Positions 27,337 through 56,476 are shown, numbered from the stretch's first letter. The stretch: DNA of 64,000 nt from Chrysomallon squamiferum (GCA_012295275.1 CM022679.1:682001-746000); one strand, 5' to 3'. Notes: generated by a model not told the origin, from the letters alone. Program-made: numbers and translations.

Positions 27337-29959
27337 GTATGTATTTACATTTGTTATTATGGTCAAAAGACAGTCACAGATGGAAGTTTGTTTACTACGT
27401 CGTTGAGTGGACCCTGCGTCCAGTATAAGTGTGTCCACGGAGACGTCGTCGTACAAAAAGCAGGTGTGTCTCACACAACTACATGCCTACACACACAAAC
27501 ACACGTACACACACAAACAAACGATACAGATACAGAAAGATTATACCCTGACACATACATACAGACATACGTACTAATAGATGCACGCAGAAATGACGAA
27601 AGACAAAGCACGGCGTGCTGCGTGGGAGGCGATGGTTTCTCTCGGTTACTGAGCAGATTACTGAGCAGGTTTCTGAGCAGGTTTCTGAACAGGTTACTGA
27701 GCAGGTTACTGAGCAGGTTACTGAGCAGGTTACTGAGCAGGTTACTGAGCAGGTTTCTGAGCAGGTTACTGAGCAGGTTACTGAGCAGATCTCTGAGATT
27801 GTTCTGGTGGCCCAGCGGCATCGTCCACAGCCTGTGAACGGAAGAATGGGTTCATACGTTCGAATCTCGTCAGCGGCATTTGACGCTTGTGAGGTAGTGA
27901 TAGGACTTTGTCCTTCTGTGGCAGTGCATTCCCGAATAGTACACAGATACACATGCTAACAGACATATAAACGTATATCCAGACATACGTACACAGATAC
28001 TTACACAGACACGTGTTTGATATGTTTTAGACTGTCTAGTCAATGGTATGTGCTTTCCTGAGGGTTCGATGATAACAGTAACATGTAAGCCGTATAGGTG
28101 TGGTCAAAGTCCCGAGGGGTTAATTGGATTTCTACCAGTTCCTGGCTCAGAAGTTCGTAAGTCAAACTTCTAAAAACTTGTAGATGTGCTAAAAGAAATT
28201 AAAAATTTGAGAAATCAGTTGCAGATTGGTAACAGTTAAAGTGAAAATATTTGCTGTGAATTAAATTTACTGTCAGAGAACGATGAGCTTCCCCCCCGCC
28301 GTTTCCCAACCCAACAAAAGAGGGGCGATAACAGCACAGAAAACAAATTGTACAGTTACTTCCTGAAAAAACAGTAACAGTTTTAAAATCAGTTAGTTTA
28401 AGTCGATTAGTTTAAGATAGTTTAACCGTAAAGGTTTTAAAAAGCCTCAAAAAAAAAAAAATAATAATAATAATAAAAAATTAAAATTAAAATAAATTAA
28501 TAAAATTAAATAAAATTAAATAAAATTAAATTAAAATAAGCTAATAAAATTAAATAAAATAAAATATAGATAAAAACATATAACCTCTGCACTCCACTCC
28601 AAGAAATCAAACAAAACCAAAGCAAGACAAAACAAAAAAGATAAAGAAAAACAACCATAAGAAATCTATATTTTTATATTTATTTCAAGCTCATCAGAAT
28701 AATATTTAATAGGAAAGATAGGAGAGTCAGGATAGAGAGAGACGAGACAAGAGAGACAGGAGAGAGACAGGAGAGAGACAGACGAAACAAGAGAGACAGG
28801 AGAGAGGAGAGACAGGAAAGTCAGGAGAGAGACAGGAGAGACAGGAGAGAGACAGGAGAGACAGGAATAGGAAAACTGATTTTTCTTGCGAACTAACCAC
28901 CTAGCAGTCTAACTAACCACCTAACAATCTAACTAACCACCTAACAGTCTAACTAACCACCTAACAATCTAACTAACCACCTAACAGTCTAACTAACCAC
29001 CTAACAGTCTAACTAACCACCTAACAATCTAACTAACCACCTAACAGTCTAACTAACCACCTAACAATCTAACTAACCACCTAACAGTCTAACTAACCAC
29101 CTAACAATCTAACTAACCACCTAACAGTCTAACTAACCACCTAACAGTCTAACTAACCACCTAACAGTCTAACTAACCACCTAACAATCTAACTAACCAC
29201 CTAACAGTCTAACTAACCACCTAACAATCTAACTAACCACCTAACAATCTAACTAACCACCTAACAGTCTAACTAACCACCTAACAATCTAACTAACCAC
29301 CTAACAATCTAACTAACCACCTAACAATCTAACTAACCACCTAAAAGTCTAACTAACCACCTAACATTCTAACCACCTAACAATCTAACTAACCACCTAA
29401 CAATCTAACTAACAACCTAACAGTCTAACTAACCACCTAACAATCTAACTAACCACCTAACAGTCTAACTAACCACCTAACAGTCTAACTAACCACCTAA
29501 CAGTCTAACTAACCACCTAACAATCTAACTAACCACCTAACAACCTACCACTGACTTGGAGTAACAAGCAAGTTTCATTACTGTGAGCTATTCTGTAACA
29601 AGCAAGTTTCACTACTGTGAGGTATTCTGTAACAAGCAAGTTTCACTACTGTGAGCTATTCTGTAACAAGCAAGTTTCATTACTGTGAGCTATTCTGTAA
29701 CAAGCAAGTTTCACTACTGTGAGGTATTCTGTGAGAAGCAAGTTTCATTACTGTGAGGTATTCTGTAACAAGCAGAGAGATGTGTTATTAATTTGAAAAG
29801 TTTGTTTTTCCAGAGTGTCGGGACAAAGACGGACAATGCGGATACGACGACGGCGACGCTGTACGTCTGGAGATAGCGGCGGTGTTGTTTGACTGCACGT
29901 GCGCTGTGGACAAGCAGTTCGGTCGCATCAGCTATGTGGCGTGTAAAGCCGTTGTTTAA
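26960..29959 (+). CDS. Gene D: 3-module paralogue with damaged exon-2 acceptor (possibly pseudogenising); exons 26960-27032, ~27374-27463, 28031-28156, 29814-29959
   Basis: MFSLITSLSLVVVVLAYPDNREER/(..)TDGSLFTTSLSGPCVQYKCVHGDVVVQKA/DCLVNGMCFPEGSMITVTCKPYRCGQSPEGLIGFLPVPGSEV/QCRDKDGQCGYDDGDAVRLEIAAVLFDCTCAVDKQFGRISYVACKAVV*. Exons 3 and 4 have the same lengths as in gene C (126 and 146 nt) and contain no stops. A 10-nt deletion relative to C removes the normal exon-2 AG, so the exon-2 start is uncertain. Confidence 0.75.
27644..27790. repeat. 12-bp tandem repeat (GGTTACTGAGCA)n directly upstream of the SINE
   Basis: About 12 copies. Confidence 0.92.
27797..27940 (+). mobile_element. tRNA-derived SINE copy in intron 2 of gene D
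   Basis: A-box-like TGGCCCAGCGG (27808) and B-box GTTCGAATC (27858); aligns over ~140 nt with 56236-56394 (shared GAGAATGGG..TCATACGTTCGARTCTCGTCAGCGGCAT...TGTGAGGT...CAGTGCRTTCCCGAATA). Confidence 0.7.
28890..29545. repeat. 20-bp minisatellite (AACTAACCACCTAACARTCT)n in gene D intron 3
   Basis: About 32 near-perfect copies. Confidence 0.97.
29561..29775. repeat. 34-bp tandem repeat (GTAACAAGCAAGTTTCAYTACTGTGAGSTATTCT) x~6
   Basis: Directly visible. Confidence 0.92.
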
Positions 29960-31124
29960 AAATACAGAACACTGCTGCTGCTGTTGTTGTTGTTGTTGTT
30001 GTATTTGTTGTATTTATTGACTGTATCAATGTAGGTGGTCAAACCCACTTATGTCAAACTTTCCTAAACTCTGAGTGCTGTGTCTCGAAAACTTTGTCTA
30101 ATCGTGCTTCAAAACTAGAAATATCCGCGTCTTCAGACCAGTTAACATAAACAACAGAGTTCAGCAGAGTCAGTGTTAACATTTTCTTTACCTGTTTAAA
30201 TACGGATATAAAATCTATAAATTTCAATCAATTTAAATAAAAAAATTAATTAATTAATTAAAAAAATAATAATAAAAAAAAAAAAAAAAATAAAAAAATA
30301 AATATATAAATAAAGCAATAAAAAAAAAAAAAATTAAAATTAAAAACAAAAAATTTCAAAAACTAACTAAATAACTAACACACTAAATAAATAAATAAAT
30401 AAATAAAATAAATAAATTGTTCATATTTGAAGCATTTGTATAGAGTGGCGGTAGATACACATGTATCTCAGGTGCAAATATGATTATTTTCCCGTCGTCA
30501 ACTCCTGAAATACCAGACTGAAATTTCTTACACAAAGAAAACTGACTTAACGATCGTTCAGAGCAATAAAACGTCGATGAATATCAATAATTTGTCAACA
30601 GGTAACAGTCACAACAGGTTAGGTAATAAAAACCTTTGAAAAGTGGAAAATTTACAAGCGAACATGTCCATAGACCTTCAAGTAATTATAATTCTTTCAT
30701 CGACTTAGTTCTCTGTAATTTTAACAAAGTATTTAGTCCGATCCAGACGTCAAATAGTAGAGATTCGTGAACATTTCCATCAGACGAAAGGTAAAAGTAT
30801 TTTTATTTTATAAATATTTTGTTTATATATTCCTGTTTGTTCCTGTCTCCATTCTCACTAGTTTATTATAATAAACACAGTTTAGATGGTTAAACAACTT
30901 TTCAGTGTGGAATGTGCAACCAGCGTTATAATAATTATTATTAATTTTTTTAATTTTTTTCAAAAGAGTATTCATTTACTTTTGTCAGTTGTTGATTAAT
31001 AGTAAATTTCAAATAAATATCACAGGAAATAAAATAAGTTAAATAAACAAAAACAACATACAAATCAACCAACCAACAAAAAAAAATAAATAAATAAATA
31101 AAAATAAAAATAATAATAAAAATA

Positions 31125-31208
<84 letters not shown>

Positions 31209-31258
31209 AAGAAGAAGAAGAAAAGTAATAATGATATTTTTCCAGGTTTCAGACAAAC

Positions 31259-34759
<3,501 letters not shown>

Positions 34760-36260
34760 TCTGCCAGCTCGCGTAAGGGTCACGTATAAAGTGCGTATAC
34801 TAATAAGGGGAGGGGTTTGTTTATAAAGTTATGGGGATGTTTAGCTGGGGGTCGGGCTTTTTGTTAGGGTTAAAGAGATACTAACAAGCTACAGACTGCA
34901 GGGGAAAAGAAGCAAAAGCAACATTTTTAAATCTCAAACTTACTCTGTTGTTTATCTCTTTAATAATTTATTTTGCTTAATTAAACTGTATATGTACTTT
35001 ATGTGTGTGCCCTTGTACTGTGACTTGTTGTAATAAACACGAATCATTGTTTTCTTTGTTAACTGAACATAAACAATTCAATGTATCCACACCATGGATT
35101 CTGTTTTTAATATACTATTACAACAACAACAATAATTAATAATAATAATAATGAATAACAACAAAAACAACAATAACGGATTAATTATTAAATAAAACAA
35201 GAAAAATTAGTACTGAATATTTCTTTCAATTTATTTATTCATTTACTTAAATTAAATCTTTCTTTCTTTCTTTCTCGACTTTTCTTTCCCTCTTTCGTTT
35301 TTCTTACTTATTCCTTTGTTTTTTCCTTCTTTCTTTTTTCTTATTTATTTTATCATTCGCACATTTTATCTTATTTTACTTAGCTGTACAATTATTTGTT
35401 ACGAACGCCCCCTTGAAATTGAAAACCAGGTTTATTTGAGCTGTTACCGGACACGTGTTTCACGCCTCACAAAGACAGATATTACAGTTATTTATTTAAT
35501 TTAAACGCTCGAAACGTGACACATCGATTTTTGTGTACAAAATGACTCATTATCAGAAATGTGGCTTCTGCGATAAACGTTAAGATAACTTTACAGTTAT
35601 AAAACTTATAAACGAGTGAGATATAGCCTTAGATGTATCATGTATATTTTGCGTTTCTTGGCTGGTTTCAGTTACTGATTTATTCTGTCTGTCTGTTTGT
35701 CTGTCCACACTTTAAGCTTGTACTTATTAGAATGCATGTATAGCAATCTTCATAAGACAATCCATCAGATGTTGAAATATCCTGCGAGGTGCGTGGTGCG
35801 TGGTGCGTGGTGCGTGTGGGAAAAAAATAGGATAACAGGTGATCTGCATTGATTCAGTAATCTGACATAAAATAGATTATTTATTTATTTATTATTTTAA
35901 TATTATTAGCAGTAGCAGTTTGTTTTTGTTTGTTTTTTGGGTGGGGAGGTTTACGTGGTTTGTTTAACGTAGATCACATTGATTAATGTTTCTGTCAAGT
36001 GTTGAGTTACACTCGCTCTATCTCTTCATCAGCAGCTCAAAATATTTTATGTACACGAGTCAACAGTAAATAAATAAATAAACACAAAGAGAAAAGAAAA
36101 ACAAAGAAGTGCAAGAATTATATAAACTAAGACAAAACGAATTCATAACAAAAAGACAAAATATATTTTAAAAGCGTATTTGTGCTAATAATCTTTGTCA
36201 CTGTTCAAAATGTTTGTTTTTTCAGAGTTTTATTAGTGCGAGATATTTTTTCACTAAGTT

Positions 36261-43753
<7,493 letters not shown>

Positions 43754-44583
43754 TTCTACACGTGTTTGATTAAAATCTTTTTTTTTCACCCCTTTGTTTT
43801 CCTTGCTTTTTAAAAAATTTAAAAGTCACAGTCACAGACCACAACACAGAGCTAAGTGCAGGTAAGTACTGCCCATGACATTCATGCTTGAACAACTGTA
43901 TGTATTAACATGTGCAGGTTAATTTGTAGCCAGCAGTAAGGTTTTGGTTGATGTATGCATAGACACTGCTGTGAACTTTGACCTTGTTCCTCGCTGTATT
44001 ACTTCTCTGACCTGCATACAGGTAAACTAGATAGATTTTTACTTGAGGTCTGTGTGTAACTCAAAGTTAGAACAGTTAAACGAGATAGATTTTTACTTGA
44101 GGTCTGTGTGTAACTCAAAGTTAGAACTCTAGCTTGAAGTGAAACACTTTATAGAAAAATGTGGTTAAAAGATAATGTGTGGCCTTAAAAATCCATCAGA
44201 AGTTTTGTTCCTTTACTTTAAACGTGTATTACGTTATTTTGTTAACATTTTTCTTTCTTTCTTTCTTTTTCATTACCATTATCATCATCAACAACATCAA
44301 CATCATCATCTTCTTCTTCTTCTTCTTTTTCTTTTTTTATTCTTTTTCTTCTTTCTAAATATTTTTAAGTTTACTTCATATTTTAGATTTTGCTTTAATT
44401 GTTCCAAACTACCTTTTTATGCGATTTTGATTTTTTTATTTATTTTTTTATTTTTTCATTTTTTATTTTGTCGTTTTTATTTTTATTTATTTACTTATTA
44501 GAGATGGAATTTGTGTAAATTAGTTAAGTGATTCAATTTAACAATAATAATAATAATAATAATAATAACAATAACAATAATAA

Positions 44584-44664
<81 letters not shown>

Positions 44665-45925
44665 TAATAAAATGTACCGCAAACAATGAAATGTTAAGGG
44701 GAGTGTGATTTCAACAAGCTGTACGACATCTGTCAAACAACCAGACATCACGACGCTACTGTTTTTCACACGCTGGAAAGTTCTAGAACTGACGCGCTTG
44801 TTTTTGTAGTGAAACGTGGCGTGCATGCTGCAGAATTAATTAGATGACAAAGTAAGAATAAGATTAAGTTAGGCCGTTTATAAAAATAAATTCAAAAAAA
44901 TATAATAATAATAAAAATTCGTTTTATATTTCATGTGTTCTTTGGTTTATTTGATACTTAATAACAACAACAACAACAGCAACAACAACAATAATGATAA
45001 TAATAATAAGAAGAAGAACAGCAACAACAATAATGATAATAATAATAAGAAGAAGAAGAAGAACAACAACAACAACAACAACAACAATAATGATAGAAAT
45101 AATGATATACAGAAGATGACGAAGATGTACTTACCATTCTGAGGTAGAAATGTTATTGTGATGTAGATGGTATTTAACATTCCTGGTTATTATACAGTTA
45201 AAGAACATTTTTAGTTTATGATAAGGTAAAAAGTATAAACTGATCTAGCAATCATCTTGTTACTTACAGATCTGCTCTGTCAAACAAAACTTGATGTACT
45301 CATTACAGTTCTTTTTAAGATAAAGTCTTATTTTAACTAAAACATTCATTATTTCATTTTTTTTATTTATTTATTTATTCGTTTGTTTGTTTCTTTTATT
45401 TATTTTCTACTTATTTTTATTATTCGTTTAATTGATTATTTATTTTTTGCTGTTGTGTTGTTGTAGTCTTCATCATTGCTATAATTATTAGATTATTATT
45501 ATTAGTGCAGTTGTAGTAGTAGTCATAGAAAGTAGTAGTAGTAGTAGCGCCTTTGTATTATTATTTTGTTGTTGTTGTTATAATCATATATAATTACTTA
45601 GTATTTGAAATAAAGTGACAGTAACTGACAGTAAAGAGTTCTCAATTTACAACACTGTTAACACTGCTCCACTGTTTAAAATACACATCCGTCATTTAAT
45701 ACAAGAAATTGTGCAAAATGATTAGTTTATTTTTGTGTCTAATACTTCCGACAATTGTACATTATTTTATAATTATATTAAACACAAGATCACGTGTTTT
45801 TATTACTGTCAAGTAGAAAACAAATAAACAGGTGTAAGTTTGTGACAGTGTGAAAATTAAAGTAATTTTATTGCAGGTTACATCATTTATTACATGAAAT
45901 GTTTTCTTGTGGAAACAGTGGTTTG

Positions 45926-50399
<4,474 letters not shown>

Positions 50400-51490
50400 C
50401 ACGATGGGACTAAGACTCGTTCCTCTCTGACTCAAGTGAAATTCTCAATCCGCGAATTTTTCTTTAACGACTGTCAACGTGTTTTTCTTTTGTTGTCAAA
50501 AATGTCTTTACTCCTGTTTTTATTGCAGTCTACGCATTTACATTGATCTCATTTACGTACGCTGTGTTCGATTGATCTGAAGTTCTTACTGAATATAAAA
50601 GAATAGTTTCATCCATTCAAAGTAAGCTGGAAAGTTAATAATAATTTTTTCAATAACAAGAACAAAAAAAAAAAAAATTGTTTTATTTCTTCAACAGATG
50701 TCGCGTGCCAACTCGAGTCCAGAACAAGACTTTTGCTGTTAAAATGTCTGTTCAGACAAAACTGTTTACAGCAGTAGTTTATAACCTCCGTGTTAGTATT
50801 TTACTGTTTTGGAAGATATATTACAAAGTATAATACTATTACTAAGAGATTTCAGCTCGACTACTTTGCTCATCACGACTACAGACATGACGTTACGACG
50901 TCACTGATAACCATGCTTTAGTTTTGACTATAGAAAACTGGTCTGCAGTGTAGGCGATGACGTCACAACGACAGCAAAATGGCGACTGTAAACCTTTGAT
51001 TTTAGATATTTGCAGAATAACTTCGTATCACCAAAGATACATTTTGAGGAATTTCTAGCTTTTAATCTTTAAAGTGATGATATGATGATAATGATGACTA
51101 TGATGATGATGATGGTGATAATAGTAATAATAATAATAATAATAATAAGAAGATGACGATGACGATAATGATGATGATAAAAACGACAACAGTAAGAAAG
51201 AAAGAAAGAAGAGCTAACAACATCAGGAACACACAAAAAAAACATTGATTATTATAACTGCAAGAGTTTTCATCTTCATACTCCTACAGCTGGTTCATTT
51301 CAAAGTCACTACATCTCTGTTTTCTTTTGTTAATTAAATGCACATTTTGTCAAGCGAAGTAACTCTAGATGACTTGAGATCTAAAAGCAAATAAATACGT
51401 CAAATATGTGAACGTGATAATAAATACTGTTACAGAGTTCTGTAAGCCTTCCCTTTTTCAGCCGCTTCCTCTTCACTCACTTCTTTTATC

Positions 51491-51661
<171 letters not shown>

Positions 51662-52016
51662 ATTTTCTCTCATATTTTTCTCCTGTCTAAACTCGTTAAT
51701 TTAACTTCATAATTTTATTGATGGTGCTACTCTTTTAATCATTCTCCTGCTTTTTTTTTTTTTTTTTATATTTTATATAATTATTTAGAAAAACATCTTT
51801 ATATATTTTTCCTTAATTTGTGGTGGTGTTCTGTTTTGGAAATAAACTGGTCAACCCGTCTTTTATTTAAATCATACCTTTTTTTTAACTCCTGTTACAT
51901 CGACTGAAATAGAACTAAACATGTTTACATGGCTCCACTTCTGTTGCTAAACTGACATTTTCTTCTTCCACAAAACGTGTGTCTTCCCGTTTTGGAACTA
52001 ATTGGAACTGATTGCA

Positions 52017-52182
52017 GTTTTCAGAGATATAAATACTGTTTTAGAGATATAAATACTGTTTTAGAGATATAAATAATATTTTAGAGATATAAATACTGTT
52101 TTAGAGATATAAATACTGTTTCAGAGATATAAATAATATTTTAGAGATATAAATACTGTTTTAGAGATATAAATACTGTTTT
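52017..52182. repeat. 20-bp tandem repeat (TTTTAGAGATATAAATACTG) x~8
   Basis: Directly visible. Confidence 0.9.
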
Positions 52183-52952
52183 GCACTGCCCGGCAATCAT
52201 CTGTCAAATCAGATGTTTGAATACGACCAATCGGTTACCATAACAACGTCGGAGTAAATGGAGACTTTGCAGACGAACTAAAGTAAGTGTGGAGGAACTC
52301 TTCAGCAGAAGAAGAAAAAAGAGAAAAAAGTTGTTTGGTTACAGCGTAAGCGTGAAGCGTGATACGTGATACGTGATCCGTGATCGGTAGCAGGATTAAT
52401 ACGCCCCGGAGCGCTCATTGCATTATTTACCGTTCTAACCAGCCACGGTTCAGTAAGTTGTTTAAAAAGAGTCTGAGATTATAATCTATTACGAGACATG
52501 ATACTTGATTTGTTACCCAACAGATTATGTTTGAAATCCAATACTAGAACTCGTTAATATTTCCACTTGAACACGTATTCATTTATTTAGCTATCTGATG
52601 TTTTAAAAGATATTACGAGAGCTGAAGGTTTCTCAACAGGGGAGATAACTCTTGGCTGACAAATAATCGCAAGAAGGCGAAGAGACAGTGTTAGCAAAAG
52701 GCTTCTGTGTTCTGTGAAAACTTCATCATTATTTCTTACGTTGCTAATGATGATTGAGCTGCTGCTGCTGCCAAAGCTTTATGCATTATATAAACTTTAA
52801 TACGACTTAACTCCATACATACACAGATACACAGACACATACAAACACGCACACAGACATACATACACAGATACACATACATAATACATACATACATATA
52901 TATACATACAAAAATACATATGAACATACATACAGATATACATACAGGAATA

Positions 52953-52991
<39 letters not shown>

Positions 52992-53762
52992 TTATAATTA
53001 GTTGTTTTACTTTTTATTATTACTATAATCTTCATTGGGTTTTTTGTTGCTTTTTTCTTTCTTTTCTCTTTTTTTTCTTTCTTTTTTCCTTTTTTTCTTT
53101 TTTTCTTTCTTTTTTCTTTTTTCATTGGTTTCTCTTTTTCATTGGTTTCTTTTTTTTTTTTTTTGAATTAGCATCTTTTTTTTTTTTTGCAGCATTATTT
53201 ATTTTAAAACAAAATCTCTAATGATCAAAACAAATGAATGGGTTTACTGAGCTAAATATAGAAAGAGTTCAAACAGTAGTCTCGTTAAACTACGACTCTC
53301 TAGCTAAGAGCATCGATATTTTTTTTTTCTTGAGAATATTAACATTGTCAACAAAACAGAAAACCAAATTAACATTTGATTAATGTTTTCTTTTTCTTTT
53401 CTTCTTTTATTATTATTATTTTGTTTTACTTTTAATATCTTTTCCTTAATTGTTTTATGTTGTTGTTATGGGGCGGGTGTTTGCTATTGGTGTTTTTCTT
53501 CTTCTTTTTTTTTTTTTTTTTTGTCTTTTAAATAAATGATTCTAAAAAAGTCTTTACACTAATTTAATTTTTCTCTTTTTTTTTTCTTTTTTTTTTTTTT
53601 CATTAATTCAGATAACTTTTCTTCTGTTTGTTTATTTTTCTCTCTGAATGTGTATCTGTCTGTCTGTCTGTCTGTCTGTGAGATTAAAAATAATGTTTAC
53701 ATTCTCACCACCTTCATTACTACTATTTCTATTTATTTATTTACTTATTTATTTATTAATTA

Positions 53763-53799
<37 letters not shown>

Positions 53800-54698
53800 G
53801 TTATTATTATTATTATTATTGTTATTGTTATTATTATTATTGTTATTATTGTTATTGTTATTATTATTATTGTTGTTGTTGTTGTTGTTTAGTTGACGCT
53901 GCTGTTGGTGGTGTTAGTAGTGGGGTTGTTAACGTTGCTGCTACTGCTGCTGTTGATGGTACTCTGTGTACGTCGTTTTGAATGTATTATATTTATATCT
54001 TGTGCTAGATCAGCGTTTACAAATTCTGCCAAATAAACTGGAAATTATGGACATACGTTCCAAATTGAAGACGAAACTATCAACGTCTGCTTCAGTAAAC
54101 TATTTTCTGCGGAATTACAACAGAGACAAAAACAGCCAATGAGCGACGAGATCGCCATCTACTCAATAAACCAGCGTAAAATGCTATAATTACTTTTGTG
54201 TAACCTTGGCAACCACAAAGCTTTCTATTTTCTTTTTAACGTCTTGTATTGGCGATTGTGACGTAAATAGATGGCATGATCTCATAAGAGAAAGTGAGAT
54301 ATATTTAGAACAAGATTCGCGAAATCGATACGCGCCGTTCTACGTCGTATTCCGCGTGACGCGGTAGCAGCAGTTTCGCAGGCTCTTCTGTAACCACGGT
54401 GCTGTCGGCGGGAGGCGATGTCTACGTCGTAAATGTGCACGTACACGCAAGGCGCGGTAACGAGGTAGGTGACCTTTTCACATGACATTAATCTTAGAGC
54501 TATTTTTATCTTTTTTCTCTTTTTTTTTCTGATTTAAAAAAAAAAAAATTATTTAATTTGTTTTAAATTAAAAAATTATTAAAAAAAAATTATATTTTTT
54601 TCTTCTTCGTCTTCTTCTTCTTATTGTTGTTGTTATTATTAAACAGTTTATTTATTTATATATTTATTTATTATTTATTATTATTGTTGTTGTTCTTA

Positions 54699-54749
<51 letters not shown>

Positions 54750-54875
54750 GAATTTAATATAAAGATACAGAAACATTTTGTGTTTTACTGAATATATATA
54801 AAAACGGATAAGTTAATTTTCATTTTTCTTCTGAATTTGTAATCTTAACATATTCGTATTTATACATGTCACTGC

Positions 54876-54910
<35 letters not shown>

Positions 54911-55199
54911 TTGTGGTTGTCGTTGTCATTATAATAACAAGAAGAAGAACATGAAGCAAATTTAATGTATCATTAACAACAAATTAACATTAACAGTTAT
55001 CCCGGATGTGAATTCATATCTTTTTAAATAACTGGTATTAGAAGTAATTTTCAATGAATTACCTGCATTTATCGTTAATTGAGCTAAACTGTAGATTCTG
55101 ATCCTTCGGCGTTCACTGTTACGTTATTTTGTGATCAGCTGAAGTCGGGGATCGGTGTGAGTTAATGACTGGGTAATAACGTCTGCTAACAGAATTGTC

Positions 55200-55222
55200 A
55201 GGTCAGCTAAGGTCACTGACCT
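55200..55222. promoter_or_regulatory. Composite nuclear-receptor response element (DR4 overlapping IR1)
   Basis: AGGTCA-gcta-AGGTCA-c-TGACCT: three perfect half-sites. Confidence 0.5.
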
Positions 55223-55325
55223 TGTGTGACGTTTAGTCTGGTAAATAAGGTGCACATCTTGTACATCTGATATACGCTGTAGATTAAAACTCAGTAATTA
55301 CTTATATGGAAGTAAAAAGGAAAAG

Positions 55326-55428
<103 letters not shown>

Positions 55429-56169
55429 ATAAATATTTAATTACTGTAATATCATTTTCTCTTTATTAACGTAATAAAAAAGAACTCCTGCTGAAAAATT
55501 TCATAGAGCGGAAACTTCCTCTCATCTTGTCACTTCAAAATAGAAACAACATCAACCAACCAGTAAATTTATGTAACATTGACATTTCCCCACTCTGCGA
55601 TATTATCAAACCACTGCTACAAGATATTGAAACACGTGCTGGGCGGCTAGAGACGAAACCCGCCGAGGTCACTTTATTAACCTTCGCTGTTTAACTTTGT
55701 CATCCATTAAGTTCTAGCGTGAAATTCTTTACTCAACTCTGCTTTCCCGTCCACGAAAAAGATTATATTTCACTCGAGTGATATACGATTTGAAAATTAA
55801 TAGCCTCAAAGTAGCGCCAGAAATAGAACGAACGTACGTAAAGTGATTACCAGTGTCACACACGCAGTTCAAAGCCAGATGAAAATGATTCTCATTAATG
55901 GAGTGATTATCTTTAAATTCTTTTTCCATTTCGAAATTTACAGAAATAATCTGGCTAATGATGATGTTGTTTTTCTCGACAGTCGTCAATAAAACCCATT
56001 TAGAAGAAAAATCAGCTGCAGTTCTTAAACGTTTAAAATAAAATTACTGGTGGAATTAACGGTGGGCGGAAAATAAACAGGAATAGAGGAAATCAATAAC
56101 TGTTTTTTTTAATCCACACATACACACACACACACATACATACATACATACATACATACATACATACAT

Positions 56170-56222
<53 letters not shown>

Positions 56223-56235
56223 TACATACATACAT

Positions 56236-56394
56236 GGTTGTCTCGATGGCCGAATGGTAATATCGTCTGCCTTCTGAGTACGGGAGAATGGGTGTCATAC
56301 GTTCGAGTCTCGTCAGCGGCATCTGTCAGTTTGTCAGTTTGTGAGGTCGTGATTGTACTGTGTCCTCCTGCGCCAGTGCGTTCCCGAATACTGT
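56236..56394 (+). mobile_element. tRNA-derived SINE copy
   Basis: A-box-like TGGCCGAATGG (56247) and B-box GTTCGAGTC (56301); homologous to 27797-27940; flanked by CA/TACA microsatellites. Confidence 0.7.
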
Positions 56395-56439
56395 CTGTGT
56401 GCAGACATTCATAAAACAGAGAATATTCAAAAGCCTAAA

Positions 56440-56476
<37 letters not shown>

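Noticed and set aside
27331-27959. (LLSR)n, (EQVT)n and (TCSV)n repeat ORFs
   Set aside because: 12-bp tandem repeat inside gene D intron 2, open in several frames by chance.
28890-29545. Telomere-like repeat (CCTAAC resembles CCCTAA)
   Set aside because: The unit is a 20-mer with no tandem CCCTAA; it is an intronic minisatellite.
56236-56320. Possible tRNA gene
   Set aside because: A and B boxes are present but I see no cloverleaf, and homology continues into a shared non-tRNA tail, so it is a SINE.
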